51,123 nt of DNA from a virus (lineage: Duplodnaviria; Caudoviricetes). Under the pieces are notes generated by a model, which saw only the letters and a program-made list of their open reading frames with translations, did not search any database and was not told where the DNA came from. Every line of letters starts with the position of its first letter. Position 1 is the stretch's first letter. The stretch spans positions 1 to 51,123 of IMG/VR virus record IMGVR_UViG_3300042518_000793, one strand, 5' to 3'. A program made the position numbers and the translations under genes. Shown here piece by piece: positions 26,601 to 35,764 of this stretch.

Positions 26601-26664
26601 TGAAGACAGGCCGCCCGGGGGGCTTCACGATGTCGGGAGAGTCGGTAAACTTGAAGGGCGGCAT
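20599..26664 (-). CDS. Large internal virion / DNA ejection protein (2021 aa)
   Basis: Last and largest gene of the podoviral virion module; Ala-rich helical; WKSAKTVWSPATHARN and IDY...PFI.F motifs. Confidence 0.75.
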   Translation of the reverse strand: MPPFKFTDSPDIVKPPGRPVFTDSPDVAPAAPKRPMFTDSPDLAPPVMAAPKPSPAPSPTFQPPAAPKPLGERVRERFITERAASGLRDLTDVFDPKVRQNLVNEAEGTARAERVGQERYPGGPIIAGVGTAPKPLGRETPGSLETPEARFALDKFRKEREVASRGGDPDEAFATPRTLPSGRRVVGEPSFVERAGQVAALPVTVPLGAASELYRQTKQTITGEPQDEGFLPLGDEYGTNIGRNVAALPAALGTVAMRKGEQAGKAIAEKGFNRALYEGLGLDRDPVSMPGEASAAKGEDWGESVWRGLKRIPSEISDIATGFSQLGVAGAEALGSLGTPEGNIEDVVQRGVEGVKEVGTGAFRSFARTALDPRKELEAGPIGTLLNAAMAGQGVRKLAEPITDASAARTAKLTRELDATRAETAPLAAERQSLYVEADEAARQSARTKDALDAMDARIEVAERTGKAIDESAYVDRAELAKRFADQEARVRETRRAVEVFDGPSAKTEQAVQGWARAVKAGAPVEREMAEAAAKLKEAGVPGRILNERLRWTISLERQLQRENVKRALVETAARAPSYGATLGLTAASDLISHGIKRLGNAYPELRWWLNPRNEQVGEIVQALEREGMASKTKRERALTEALAKVPDAERPTVRRFLQAEHSPLEGGYWMPGNDRSRQMFEFKTWDQSAKPPRPGGRARQQSAFVRTDYGEMMRAKKKAEAKALREMATDIDRGAPTVNAFDNLADSALDVARAEAAARLDAINARIDELVGARAERGAAAASKAEDAAIRAQGADFALGAAKAREADLARGIGARADNRPMDADAVQAEQARILELSASLRAAREAATKQARAEVKQGLSAQTEAAVGAAFDARKAKLGEMRDVWADALKLAREEAQAAIEATPRGGKTATRETWDKAIGAERRAEELKQARTQGAEDLRTQLSIKAARAAESRAWAAWQDSLTKSERAQAAADGARLRGEVADLKAAQAAKQAAATAWDNARRATYRAEVAARSRLEDLARIEESANAAIRRETGLGPSDPMRMGAAVPRPTGGAEGPSIPRAQSAGPVLARDAAKSRESLVGMMEESALLTARMNELDALADLRRQGRKVPDAADRAAMAANFRRQAIQADEWVAKMDGEQRVVNRYGRGLAELSRQATDDAKSLGMFENAEQVRQLYWPQVMDRAIREGTIADPLEAMSKSDRKKLNPYLEGSRLRANALRREGVPMTRREAEFGLKTDLAEEALVGLMGFIDDVETYKLYDKIDKSGVALDQAAYLQRRAQAIAEHNARVAAKYRGNPARIAAEAIDPVNPRGDIPGMDEWIMVPDEARFPEGVRKAAGMTDDAGSPGLKKYGALGGKYIPADLFFDMVNRRVALEEANNAVSAINRRWKSAKTVWSPATHARNVLSSALVFAPMVGMSLWNPRNLGYYADALSDLARGKKSDVYKMAQQDGVFQGTFGRSELGRDYLASQLEGAFKSTTEPLARLFEAVGEAGEAAKGAVDDIRSGAFQRERQTRAKLRDVEGQDQWMRLRQGASEPKSFAPAKRSWQAAKASGSALTRLPGMVYSAQDDLFRLAYYRKMIDQAARAEGVAPTLVSQEARSAAANKAREAFIDYENVPGFAQVLRSPMAPVTREGKSRAGARAAFYLAGQPFIAFSARAIPRMQRWLAEDPLRAQLWMQTSDYLSDINLARSGLTTDEVEAAKGGVRGTSPSSMTAMGEIIPGMGKDSEGRIDLLNTGYLSPVSQYAGGKTTRYDSDSAQLWDFMGEVLNIDINPLVRPLAEQMGAVPTFTGQPIVRQGMTPEEERAARMSHLIQAYLPPITPSLSDIGAGGAIGSGPIDRTRIKGGSQYERLAASAAGVPDYQGRERPLSGAVRDVFLGTRGQSVDIDDALVNQTEQAEAKRREVARSAQEATGILVPVSQMRPPQLRAFAAEYRKRLTPLLKVYGEAVEPFPASRLVRGIKKNLDLLERGTMNDVRWMATADKLFDDALREGIQNRTKAKAARTKAAQERNP

Positions 26665-26702
26665 GACGGCACGTTACCAGTCATCCCGCGCGGTTGAAAG
26701 GG

Positions 26703-28847
26703 TCACTCGAACCCGTAAAGCGCGGCCTCTCGCTCGTAGAGGTCGGCTTTCTGCGACGACGTCAAGCCCGGCATCGCCTGAATCTTGCGCCCGAGTTCTT
26801 CGGCGCTCCTTGCCTGAATCGTCGGGGCACGCGCCGGGGCCGGTCGTGCGGGAGCGGTGCCACCACCGCGAACCCACTCGGGAATGGGCAAGCCCTGCGC
26901 TTCGAGGTCAGCAGCAATCTCCTCGGGCGTCATGCCCGCCGCCGCCGCAGCGGTGCCGACCGTGGCCCTTGCGCGGTTGCGCCGCTCGGTTTCGAGTCGG
27001 GTGCGCGCCTCCGTTGCCCGCGACCTGACCGCGTTGTAGGCGGCAAGGTCAGGGCCGTCGAGGTCAGCCGGGGGTTGTGCGCCCCGGATGGCGGCGGCGA
27101 ACTGGTCCGCATCGAGTAGACCTTCGCCCACGCTCGCGACGTAGTTACCAAAGCCCGCGCCGATGCTCGGGTCTCCCTTGACGACTTGCGCCACCTCGTT
27201 GACGGACACGTCGGTATCGGTCACGGCGGGAATGGCACGAGCCGCCGCCCCCGCACGTTCGCGACGCTCTTGCGCCACGCGGGCTTGTTCGGCTCGCGCT
27301 TCGGCTGCCGTGCGGGCTTCGTCGGTGCGCGCGGTGCGCTGGATGTCCATCGGGGACGTGCCGACTTCTTCGCGAAGCTCAGCCACCGTCGGCTTGTACC
27401 GCGCTTGCCCCGCCATGAAGTTCGCTCGCATGGCGTTCTGTGCTTCGATCACCTTCGCGGCGGCGGCAGGGTCGCCCTTGCGAGCGGCAGGAAGTGCCGC
27501 GCTATACACGCGGAACGCGGCACGGTACGCGCCGGCCTCTTGGTTGTTCATGCCGGCGTCGATGGGCTGGCGAACGTAGCGCTCCCAGAACGCAGGGCTC
27601 TCTTGGTAGGCACGCGGCTGCGAAGACCCCTGCGGGTTGCCTTTCCGGTCGCGGGTCTGCTCCACGACCATGATGATGTCACCCGTGGGCTCCTCGCCAC
27701 CTCGGGCCGCGCCACCCGCGCCGCCCCGACCGCCCCCACCCTGTCGGCTCATTGGGGATTGCGGCACAATGTCACCGCGCAAGCCGTCGTCGGTGTTGCC
27801 GCTCGGGAGCACGGTCTGCGGCGGGGTGTAGACGCCGAGACCCCTGACGTACTTCGGAGCGCCACGGCTGCGGGCGCTCATCAGGAGGTCGAGTTGCCGC
27901 ATCTCTTCGGCCTTGGCCTTGGCGTCCGCTTCCTGCTGCCGGGCTTGTGCGATAGCCGTAGCCGACGCGCCCCGAGCTTGAAGCGAAGCGACGTTGGCCG
28001 CTGCCTGCTGCTCCTCCCACAAAAGCTTCTTGCGCATCAGCTCCAAGCCAAGCGCCCGCTCGTCGCGCACGTCTTGTGCCTGCTGCGCCAATCCCCGCAC
28101 GCCCACGGGGAGCGACGGGATGGCCTCGCGGTAGCCGGTCTCGCGTGCCATGGCGGCGACGGTGGACGGCATCATGCGCGGTTGCGCGTACACCTCAGAG
28201 CTTCGCATCTCACGGGCCGGCACTGGTGCGGGGCGCTGCGCTACGGGGCTTGGCGGGGCTGCTACGGGCCGGCGCGGGGCTTCCGCTTCCATGCCACGCG
28301 GAGCGATGGGCGCCGACACCACGGGAGCGCTCGTCACGCGGCTGAACTGCGCTTCAAGTCCCGGGGTCAGCATCGGGTTTGACGGCAGGCGAGCGGGGGC
28401 CGGTCCCGGTGGCGTCATGGCAGGGGGCTTCAGGACTTGCGCCTTGACCCCACCGAGCGACGGCGCAGCGGTCTCGATGCCACGGCGACCGAACCCGGTC
28501 TCTGCCGCTTCACCGAACGACGCTTGCGGGCGAAGCTCGGTCGCGGCGCGGGACTCGGCGGCTTGGCGAATCGCGGAGGACACGCCGCCCATTGCGTCGT
28601 CGTCGGGGTAGTAGGTGCCCGCCGCTGCTGCCCGCTCGTTCTTCGTCAGCGAGTCGCGGAACGCGGTGCCGGCGAGGTCCGCGCCGATACCCAAAGCGGT
28701 GCCGAGCACGTCGCCGCCGAGACGACGGAGGAAGTTCTTTGAGGCTTGGTCGCTCTCGAACGCGCGTTGTTTCTCGTTCTCCTGCCGTTGGGCACGAATG
28801 CCCTTCACTTGGCCGAGGTAGTTCGGGGCGAGGTTTGGGACTGCCAT
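26703..28847 (-). CDS. Internal virion / ejection protein
   Basis: Synteny; Ala/Pro/Gln-rich with coiled coils. Confidence 0.65.
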   Translation of the reverse strand: MAVPNLAPNYLGQVKGIRAQRQENEKQRAFESDQASKNFLRRLGGDVLGTALGIGADLAGTAFRDSLTKNERAAAAGTYYPDDDAMGGVSSAIRQAAESRAATELRPQASFGEAAETGFGRRGIETAAPSLGGVKAQVLKPPAMTPPGPAPARLPSNPMLTPGLEAQFSRVTSAPVVSAPIAPRGMEAEAPRRPVAAPPSPVAQRPAPVPAREMRSSEVYAQPRMMPSTVAAMARETGYREAIPSLPVGVRGLAQQAQDVRDERALGLELMRKKLLWEEQQAAANVASLQARGASATAIAQARQQEADAKAKAEEMRQLDLLMSARSRGAPKYVRGLGVYTPPQTVLPSGNTDDGLRGDIVPQSPMSRQGGGGRGGAGGAARGGEEPTGDIIMVVEQTRDRKGNPQGSSQPRAYQESPAFWERYVRQPIDAGMNNQEAGAYRAAFRVYSAALPAARKGDPAAAAKVIEAQNAMRANFMAGQARYKPTVAELREEVGTSPMDIQRTARTDEARTAAEARAEQARVAQERRERAGAAARAIPAVTDTDVSVNEVAQVVKGDPSIGAGFGNYVASVGEGLLDADQFAAAIRGAQPPADLDGPDLAAYNAVRSRATEARTRLETERRNRARATVGTAAAAAGMTPEEIAADLEAQGLPIPEWVRGGGTAPARPAPARAPTIQARSAEELGRKIQAMPGLTSSQKADLYEREAALYGFE

Positions 28848-28850
28848 GGC

Positions 28851-30509
28851 TTAGCCCTCCGTTTCGAGTTCCTGATACCAGAAATCTTGGAAGTCCTCGA
28901 AGGGCATAAAGTCCTCTCCGCGCTCCATCGCTGCCTCGCGGTAGGCGTTCCAAGATGCCATCCAACCCGGATCATCGGGCGTCGTGTTCTTGGTCGGCCC
29001 CATCGCCTGCGGCCATTGCCACACCCAGCCGTTCTTGATGTTGGGCACAGGGTCGGCGACGCCCGTGAGACCGTCGTTACCCGTCGATGCGCCTTGGCCG
29101 CTCTGCTCCGTCGTGTCCGCAGCGTCGGCGGCGTCGAGTACGGACTTCGGAACCGTGAGCTTTTCGCCCGCCTTGACCAGTTCGCGCAGCACGTCGCCGT
29201 AGGACGCCCCCGAATCGAGCGCGTCGTAGGCCCATGCCAGGGCATCCGCGTCCCACTCCTCGCCCTGAACTTGCGCAAGAATGTTGTTGAGCGTCGTGTG
29301 CCGGTCTGACTCCGCTTGGCTCGTCTTGTCGTACTCGAACATCTCGCGTTGAAGGTCAGCGGCTTCCGCTGCCAGCTCCTTGCGCGTCTCGTCGTCGAGC
29401 TGCGACCCGTACGCGGACAGGTAGGTCTTGATCTCGTTGAGCCGCTGCTCGATTTGGATCGCCTTGTTTTCCGTCTGAAGATCCGTCATCGCGGAGATCG
29501 CGCCGACGTCGATGTTGCCAAGCCCCGCGATTTCGAGACCCGACCCGCCGAGACCGCGCCCCGCCATCTGCTGCATGGCCTTGGCCTTGGCTTCGGCGGC
29601 TTGCCGGATGATCTGCGCTTCCTGCGCGGCGAGTTCCTCGGGATTGAACCCGAACTCCGACAGGTCGGAGGTCATGGCCCCGAGCGCTTCCTTGGCCGTC
29701 GTTTCCTTGACCTGCTCCTGCAAACCCTCGATGCCCATCGCGTCGGCCAGAGCTTCCCAATCAAGCTCGTCCGTCGGGTTCGGCCCCGTCGGCGGTCCCG
29801 TACGCATCGGCGTGGTGGACGCCGGGACGATGGGTCGCGGCGGGATGGTCTGCCCGTCGGGTCCAATGGTCGGGTCCACCTCGCCCTCGTTGGGCATGCC
29901 GGGGACGTAGCGCGGATTCATTTCCACCGGGCTCTTGGGAATGAACGAGCCGCTCGTGTCCGGTGCGCCGCGAACGGGCGTCAGGTTCAGTGCGCTGATG
30001 CCGAGGTCCACCACGGGCGCGTTGGGCATCGGAGCGACGTAGCGCACAGGCGCGGGGGCCACCGTTGCCGGGACCACGCCACCCACCGGAGCGGGCGTGT
30101 ACGCTTCGCCCGTCGTGAGGTACGCGGGTTTCGGCTGCCACTCGGGGTTCGGGTAGTCCCCGCCCGTCTGCGCCTTCATGGCCGCGATGGCTTGGGCGCG
30201 GGGGTCCATCTGCGGCGCTTGCTGCATCGGCTGCATCGGGGCTCGAGCCGGCATCTGCTGCTGAACCGCCATGGGGGCCGGGGCCTTCGCGGGCGGCGCT
30301 TGGTAGCGCTGCGGGGCCGGTGCGCCCTGGTAGCGCTGCGGGGGCTGCTGCTGCGCTTGCTGCATCGCAACCGCCTTGATTTGCGCGTCCTGCGCCGGGG
30401 CCGGTGCGCCGCTCGGCGCTTGACCTCGGAGCGGGGCCTTCGGGGGCTTCGCCAGCGTACGCGGCGGTCCTTGGGGGTTCAGTCGTGGAATCGGCGGTTG
30501 TGGCAGCAT
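28851..30509 (-). CDS. Internal virion / ejection protein
   Basis: Synteny; Pro/Gln-rich N-terminus; MAGRGLGGSG pilot-protein-like motif. Confidence 0.65.
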   Translation of the reverse strand: MLPQPPIPRLNPQGPPRTLAKPPKAPLRGQAPSGAPAPAQDAQIKAVAMQQAQQQPPQRYQGAPAPQRYQAPPAKAPAPMAVQQQMPARAPMQPMQQAPQMDPRAQAIAAMKAQTGGDYPNPEWQPKPAYLTTGEAYTPAPVGGVVPATVAPAPVRYVAPMPNAPVVDLGISALNLTPVRGAPDTSGSFIPKSPVEMNPRYVPGMPNEGEVDPTIGPDGQTIPPRPIVPASTTPMRTGPPTGPNPTDELDWEALADAMGIEGLQEQVKETTAKEALGAMTSDLSEFGFNPEELAAQEAQIIRQAAEAKAKAMQQMAGRGLGGSGLEIAGLGNIDVGAISAMTDLQTENKAIQIEQRLNEIKTYLSAYGSQLDDETRKELAAEAADLQREMFEYDKTSQAESDRHTTLNNILAQVQGEEWDADALAWAYDALDSGASYGDVLRELVKAGEKLTVPKSVLDAADAADTTEQSGQGASTGNDGLTGVADPVPNIKNGWVWQWPQAMGPTKNTTPDDPGWMASWNAYREAAMERGEDFMPFEDFQDFWYQELETEG

Positions 30510-30519
30510 GACGGACCCC

Positions 30520-31011
30520 TTAGCTCTTGTGCAGGACCTTGACGAGCAGGCTACACGAGAAATCGACAATCGTCGCCGTCGTAAGCGTGACCGTGACCGT
30601 GATGGTTTCGCCCGCGCCCAGGCTCACGTCGTTGAACGCCGTGGTGTACTTGACGGTGTTGGCGTCCGACGACGACGACGTCAGCGCCGCCGTGAGCAGG
30701 TTGATCGTTCCGTTGCTGCCCTGAATGGACAGCGACGGAGACCCTGCCGTCGAGTAGTAGTAGGACTCGAACGAAACCGGAATCCACGGGTCGTTGCCCT
30801 GCACCCGGAATGCCGAGCGGTAAGTGCCCGCCACGAGGTTGCCGCACATCGAGAAGAGCGGGACCGTCATGTACGAGTAGGGGTTGGCGAGTTCGCCAGT
30901 GGTGACTTGCCCGCCAGCGAACTTCGCCTCGACCGCGTCAAAGTTGGCGTTCATCTGCGACGCGCTGATGGTGCCGCCGTTCGGAAAGGTGTTCGGAATG
31001 GTCAGGGACAT
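30520..31011 (-). CDS. Tail fibre/spike-associated virion protein
   Basis: NTF.NG.TISASQMNANF N-terminal motif typical of podoviral fibre anchors. Confidence 0.65.
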   Translation of the reverse strand: MSLTIPNTFPNGGTISASQMNANFDAVEAKFAGGQVTTGELANPYSYMTVPLFSMCGNLVAGTYRSAFRVQGNDPWIPVSFESYYYSTAGSPSLSIQGSNGTINLLTAALTSSSSDANTVKYTTAFNDVSLGAGETITVTVTLTTATIVDFSCSLLVKVLHKS

Positions 31012-31019
31012 GGGCGCTC

Positions 31020-31568
31020 CTACGAGACGAGAGAGAAGGCGTCGTTGCCGGTGACGGTCGCGGTGCCCGCTGTGTATTCGATGGTGCCATTGGTCAGCAC
31101 GTTGCCCACGATGGTGCCGTGACCGACGCTGGAACCAAGGCGAATCTTGCGGCCTGCGGACAGCGCTACGGGCGTGTAGGCGTCCGACCCCGCCGTGACC
31201 CCGGTCAGCCCCGTCCATGCGACCGAGTAGGCACCAGAGGCCGTGTGTGACGTCGTGGTCAGGTCGATGTACGAGCCATCGTGGCCGACCGCTGCTGATG
31301 ACACCGTGACTGCCGCCGCGCCGCCGCTCGGGGTGATCGTGTAGTTGCCTGCCGTTGTCCACGTCGAATCGCTCGGGACGGTCACGGCCAGGGTGAGTCG
31401 AACGCGTGTGAGACCCACGGACTGCGCCGATGTGATAGTCGTGTCAGGCACGGTGCCCCCGGGCGCCACGTAGCTGTTGAAGGAGTAGGTGCCCGCAAGA
31501 ATGTTGCGGCTCGACACGCCATTGAGGCTGACCGCAAACGGCGGCACGGCTGCCGAGACCGCTGCCAT
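31020..31568 (-). CDS. Virion protein with Ig-like beta domain
   Basis: Thr/Ser/Gly-rich; NYTITP...V..A.V..DG..I.LTT pattern. Confidence 0.6.
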   Translation of the reverse strand: MAAVSAAVPPFAVSLNGVSSRNILAGTYSFNSYVAPGGTVPDTTITSAQSVGLTRVRLTLAVTVPSDSTWTTAGNYTITPSGGAAAVTVSSAAVGHDGSYIDLTTTSHTASGAYSVAWTGLTGVTAGSDAYTPVALSAGRKIRLGSSVGHGTIVGNVLTNGTIEYTAGTATVTGNDAFSLVS

Positions 31569-32488
31569 TAGAGCGTCTCATCCCAATGAAGCCACAGGTG
31601 CCCGATCACGATGTAGTCGTTTCCGGTGTCCGTGTCGTAGTCGTTCAGCGAGCCGTCGCAGATGCGCAAGTGCTCCCCGAAGTGACCCACGAGCGCAGTG
31701 TTGCGCAGAAACAAGAACGCTGGAGCAGGGAGGTACTTCCCTCCTCGGTCGCGCCAAATGCACGTTGAGCCGGGCGTGCCGGGAGAGTCCGAGTAGCCGA
31801 CACGCGCATACCCCGCCGAGACCAGCGACGTCGTCTGCGCCACCTCCACAGGAGTGCGGCACACGTTCGTGGAGTCCGACGTATCGCGCCCAATGGTAAA
31901 CGACGCGTTCGTTACAAGCGGGATGCCTTGCACTAGGCACGTCGGCCGCGTGTCCACGGCGATGTCGAGCGGGACGTGGTTGCCGACGTAGACGAACTGG
32001 TCAGCCGACGCAGCGCTTGTGTCCCGCAGGTTGAACCACGCATAAGTCCCGGTGTTGCTGCCGTCGATCGCAAACGTCCCCGTGGCACAGTAGACCTGCG
32101 ACCCGACGCCCGGCGCGGCGCCGTCGTTCCATCCGTTGTCAGGGGTCACGGGGTTCGCGCCGAAGTTCTGCGCGGCGTTCGTCCACCCGCCCTTGACCGA
32201 AAACAGGCACTTGAGCGTGTCGGCCGATGCGTTGGTAAACTTGGCTTGCCAGCGCGCAGAGCCGAGCACCGTGACGGGCTCAATGACGAAGTAGCTCCCG
32301 TCGGGGCAGTCGGACGAGGAGGACCACGAGGTCACAAAGCCGGTCCCCTGCTTGTACAGCGCGATGGCACTCCCGGTGTTGTTCACGAACTGTAGCGCCG
32401 TCTGGCCCGATGACGCGATGAACGTGTACATGCGGAACAGAGACTCTTCGCAGGAGGCGGTGCCGTAGCGGACGAACTTGCTAGCCAT
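31568..32488 (-). CDS. Putative tail / receptor-binding protein
   Basis: Tail-module position; beta-rich. Confidence 0.6.
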   Translation of the reverse strand: MASKFVRYGTASCEESLFRMYTFIASSGQTALQFVNNTGSAIALYKQGTGFVTSWSSSSDCPDGSYFVIEPVTVLGSARWQAKFTNASADTLKCLFSVKGGWTNAAQNFGANPVTPDNGWNDGAAPGVGSQVYCATGTFAIDGSNTGTYAWFNLRDTSAASADQFVYVGNHVPLDIAVDTRPTCLVQGIPLVTNASFTIGRDTSDSTNVCRTPVEVAQTTSLVSAGYARVGYSDSPGTPGSTCIWRDRGGKYLPAPAFLFLRNTALVGHFGEHLRICDGSLNDYDTDTGNDYIVIGHLWLHWDETL

Positions 32489-32491
32489 GGG

Positions 32492-33124
32492 TCAGCTCAC
32501 TCGGTTGTTGGCGACGACATAGCCGCTCGACGTGCCCGTGATGTCCACGGTGACGGTGGTCACTGACTCGAACAGGCAATCCCGCACCACGCAGTAGTCC
32601 GCGCTCGCAATCTCAATTGCCGACGACGCGCCGTCAAAGTGGCACTCGACCACCTCGCAGTAATCGCTTGTGATGAGCACGGTGTCATAGCCCGTGTTGA
32701 GCCCGTCCTTGATGGTCAGCCCTTGCAGCCGTAGCCGTGACCCACTCAGCGTGAACACCGGCGCCGTGGGCGTCACCGTGCGACGAAGGACCGTCTTGCC
32801 CGGGGCGAGCGCGATGATCTCGAGCCGCGTGTTGCTGATGGTGATTCCCGCCGCGCCGATGTCGTACTCACCTTCGGAGAGGAAGATGCGCGCGCCCTCG
32901 CTGCCCGTGCGCGTCCCGGTGACGGTGCGAATCGCGTCCTCGATGGACTGGCCGGGGAGCACCACGTACCCAAGCGCGGCAAGGCGGGACTGCGCTTCGC
33001 CAAGACCCACGCCGGCGCGGAGTGCGGGGAGTGCGCCTTGGGCCACGCGGGTGAGACGCTCAGGCGCGAAGCCGAGTCCGATGGGGCCGCCCGAGGCCGG
33101 TGAGACGTAGCGGGCTTGCGTCAT
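32492..33124 (-). CDS. Pectate-lyase-like beta-helix protein (short tailspike)
   Basis: SIEDAI...IFLSEGEY...T.L...LQGLTI...V.ECHF...V.DC.F repeats. Confidence 0.75.
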   Translation of the reverse strand: MTQARYVSPASGGPIGLGFAPERLTRVAQGALPALRAGVGLGEAQSRLAALGYVVLPGQSIEDAIRTVTGTRTGSEGARIFLSEGEYDIGAAGITISNTRLEIIALAPGKTVLRRTVTPTAPVFTLSGSRLRLQGLTIKDGLNTGYDTVLITSDYCEVVECHFDGASSAIEIASADYCVVRDCLFESVTTVTVDITGTSSGYVVANNRVS

Positions 33125-35031
33125 CGGTTCGGGCTCTCAGGCGGGCCGAGTTCGAGCGTGATGCTCGCTACGTTCACGGCGTTGGAGCGCGTTCCTGCCG
33201 TGTAGGGGTCGTCGATGATCCCAATCCTGAACCACCGCGACGTGATGTTGACGTCGAGGCGCGACGTAAACCAGTCAAGCGGCGTCCACTTGCTTGTACC
33301 CCACACCGCCGAGCCGAAGAACGCGGACCCTGCCGGGTTCGGGTGAAGCGCCGTCGTGCCCTTCGTATTGAAAGCGGCGGTGCGCGTGATGCGCTCGGTG
33401 TAGTCGTTGGCGGTTCCGGCGTCGTCCACGACGTCCCATCCCGCCTCCTCGCCTTCGATGCAGGACATGGGGAGGTCGATGGGCACGGCGTCGGAGCCCA
33501 CGGTGACGGGCGAGCCGCCTTGACCAGTAGCGAACACGCCCGTGGACAGCACCTTGAAGCGCACCGAGCGGCATTGGCGGTACTCGTCTTCGGCGGGGGC
33601 TAGGCGCTGACTGACCCAGTACATGGGAACGCCGTCGCTGCTCCCTCCATCAAACGTTGCCGTGGGCAGAAGCTCCGCAAGCGTGCCGTTCGAGCCAAAG
33701 CCAAGAACGCGACCCGCCACCTCGGCCATGTCGTAGATGTTGTCACCGTTCGACATTGTCCAGATGTTCCAGCCCCGCCGCTTGAGGTCGTACACGAGCA
33801 GGCACCGGAACTCGTTGAGTTCGCCGAAAGCATCCAAGCCCGCGCCCGCAACCGGCATGCACCACGCGAGGAAGTCGCGCGAGCTACAGACCCGCCCTTG
33901 AACGAACGCGAAGCGGGCGGGGTTGAACGTCCACGGCCACCCAAGCGTGCCTTGAAGTCGCAACCGCATTGGGTCGGGGAGGTTGTCCATCTGACCCGTC
34001 CAGCCCGTCCAGAGCTGCTGAAGGCCCTCCGTCAGCTTGATAGCTTCGGGGGCGCCGAGACCGCCAAAGGCGTAGATGCCATCGGCGGCGGCGAAGTAGG
34101 TCACGCCCGCTTCGGTGATGATGGATTGGTGCGACACGCAGCCGGTGCCCGTAACCACGCGGCTCAGTTGGAACGTGTCATCGGAGTAGCCGGTCAGGGC
34201 GTAGATGTTCCGGTCGGTGAAGATGATGAGCACTTCGCCCGTGGAGTTGAGGCCCGTGACCGTCTCGCCAAAGCCCACTTGAATGAAGTGGTCCGCGCGG
34301 ATACCTGCCGGGTCGCTCTCGTCGGACCAGTAGACCATTGACGGGTTGATGTTGATCTCGGCGCGGGAGGCCGACAGGATCGCCTCCAGCTTGCTCCCTT
34401 GGTTCACGGGAACGGGGTTGTCGAGCGACGCCGCCACGCCCTGATTAAATCCGGCGTAATACACCCGAGTCTGGTGCATGACCGCAATGGGGCCGCGTGG
34501 CACCGACGCCCAATAGGAGTAGTTCACCGCGTTGACGCGGAAGCCGTCGGTGGCGGGCGTCAGTGGGCGCATTTGCGTAGCAGCGTCGGCCGCAAGACGA
34601 GGGTCGTAGACGTAGGTTGCGTACGCCGTGACCAAAAGCGCCACCGGCACTGCAACGCCGCTATCGTTCAGGTACGCCTGAACCCACGAGTAAACCCTTG
34701 GAGTGGCTGACACGTAGCTAGGTTCTGGCAATGACGCGGAACCAAGATCCGCCAGCGACTGGCCGTCGGTCGCTGTAACAGTCCCGCCGCTGCCACCCGA
34801 GCCGCCGAGCGATGCGGCAAGTATCGTCACCGCGAACGGTGGGCAATCAAACAGCGTCACCACCGGGTAGATGCCTCTCCCGCCAACGCTGATTTCATCC
34901 CACGGCGGGCGCGCCTGAATCGTCCCCTGCGACACGTCCACGTTGATGCCAAGGGCGTACGTGCCCTCCTCGGCGTCCGTCTCGCGGAGGTCCATGCCCT
35001 TCCAGGGTCCTTTGAGCGTCAGTGCTGCCAT
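33121..35031 (-). CDS. Tail nozzle / packaged-DNA stabilization protein (P22 gp10-like)
   Basis: Beta-propeller motifs (VYWSD, VTGL, LIIFT, GCVSHQSI, GIYAF); follows adaptor. Confidence 0.8.
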   Translation of the reverse strand: MAALTLKGPWKGMDLRETDAEEGTYALGINVDVSQGTIQARPPWDEISVGGRGIYPVVTLFDCPPFAVTILAASLGGSGGSGGTVTATDGQSLADLGSASLPEPSYVSATPRVYSWVQAYLNDSGVAVPVALLVTAYATYVYDPRLAADAATQMRPLTPATDGFRVNAVNYSYWASVPRGPIAVMHQTRVYYAGFNQGVAASLDNPVPVNQGSKLEAILSASRAEININPSMVYWSDESDPAGIRADHFIQVGFGETVTGLNSTGEVLIIFTDRNIYALTGYSDDTFQLSRVVTGTGCVSHQSIITEAGVTYFAAADGIYAFGGLGAPEAIKLTEGLQQLWTGWTGQMDNLPDPMRLRLQGTLGWPWTFNPARFAFVQGRVCSSRDFLAWCMPVAGAGLDAFGELNEFRCLLVYDLKRRGWNIWTMSNGDNIYDMAEVAGRVLGFGSNGTLAELLPTATFDGGSSDGVPMYWVSQRLAPAEDEYRQCRSVRFKVLSTGVFATGQGGSPVTVGSDAVPIDLPMSCIEGEEAGWDVVDDAGTANDYTERITRTAAFNTKGTTALHPNPAGSAFFGSAVWGTSKWTPLDWFTSRLDVNITSRWFRIGIIDDPYTAGTRSNAVNVASITLELGPPESPNR

Positions 35032-35032
35032 G

Positions 35033-35752
35033 TCACCACCGTACCCATTTGACGCGCTTCGGGCCTGCGACTTGACGGTCTGCGCCGGTCGCCGCGAGCT
35101 GCGTTTCCCATTGCGACCAGAGCGCCCCGATTTGGGGGTTGGAGCCGCCCTTGCGGTTGTTAAGCGTCCACGCAGCATAGGCCACGACCGCTTGACCGTA
35201 GGCGTCCGCTTTGCCACCGAGGATGGTGTCAGAGGTCGAGGTCAACGTGGCGCGGGGCGGGATGTAGCCGACTTGGAACACCGTCCCGGCAATGGGGATG
35301 GGGGCGACGTAGAGGTCAGCCGAGTCCTTCAGGGCAAAGCGGTACGGGGGCCGGTCCACCGCCGTGATGGGCGTGATCGATGAGCGGTAGATGCCGTCGT
35401 CGCGCACAAGGTACAGCGCCCGCTCGTCCCACCGCATCGGGCCGCAGCGCATTGGGAGGTTGGTTGTGCTCACCGCTGCGTTCGATTGGAGCAGGTCGAG
35501 CGCGACGATCTTGTAGGGCTTCGTGTTCAGGTAGGACACCGACGACAGGTCGATGTTGTCCACGTCCGACGGCCACGTTACGCGGGTTTCGGTCAGCCAG
35601 AAGTCGGGGTTGACGCCCACGAGCATGCGCCAGACGTAGTCGTCCGCGAAATCGATGAGCGTCAGCCACTCAGCCGAGTTCACCGCCGCCGTGCCCTGCG
35701 TGTCCATCAGGGCTTGAACTTGCGTTTTGACGTTCGCGACGGTCAGCGCCAT
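35033..35752 (-). CDS. Head-tail adaptor protein
   Basis: LYVAPIP...VGY..P...L.S.SD; synteny. Confidence 0.7.
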   Translation of the reverse strand: MALTVANVKTQVQALMDTQGTAAVNSAEWLTLIDFADDYVWRMLVGVNPDFWLTETRVTWPSDVDNIDLSSVSYLNTKPYKIVALDLLQSNAAVSTTNLPMRCGPMRWDERALYLVRDDGIYRSSITPITAVDRPPYRFALKDSADLYVAPIPIAGTVFQVGYIPPRATLTSTSDTILGGKADAYGQAVVAYAAWTLNNRKGGSNPQIGALWSQWETQLAATGADRQVAGPKRVKWVRW

Positions 35753-35764
35753 GGAATCGACCTC

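Noticed and set aside
30170-30400. CAG/CCG-rich short repeats
   Set aside because: Explained by the Gln/Pro-rich low-complexity N-terminus of an ejection protein
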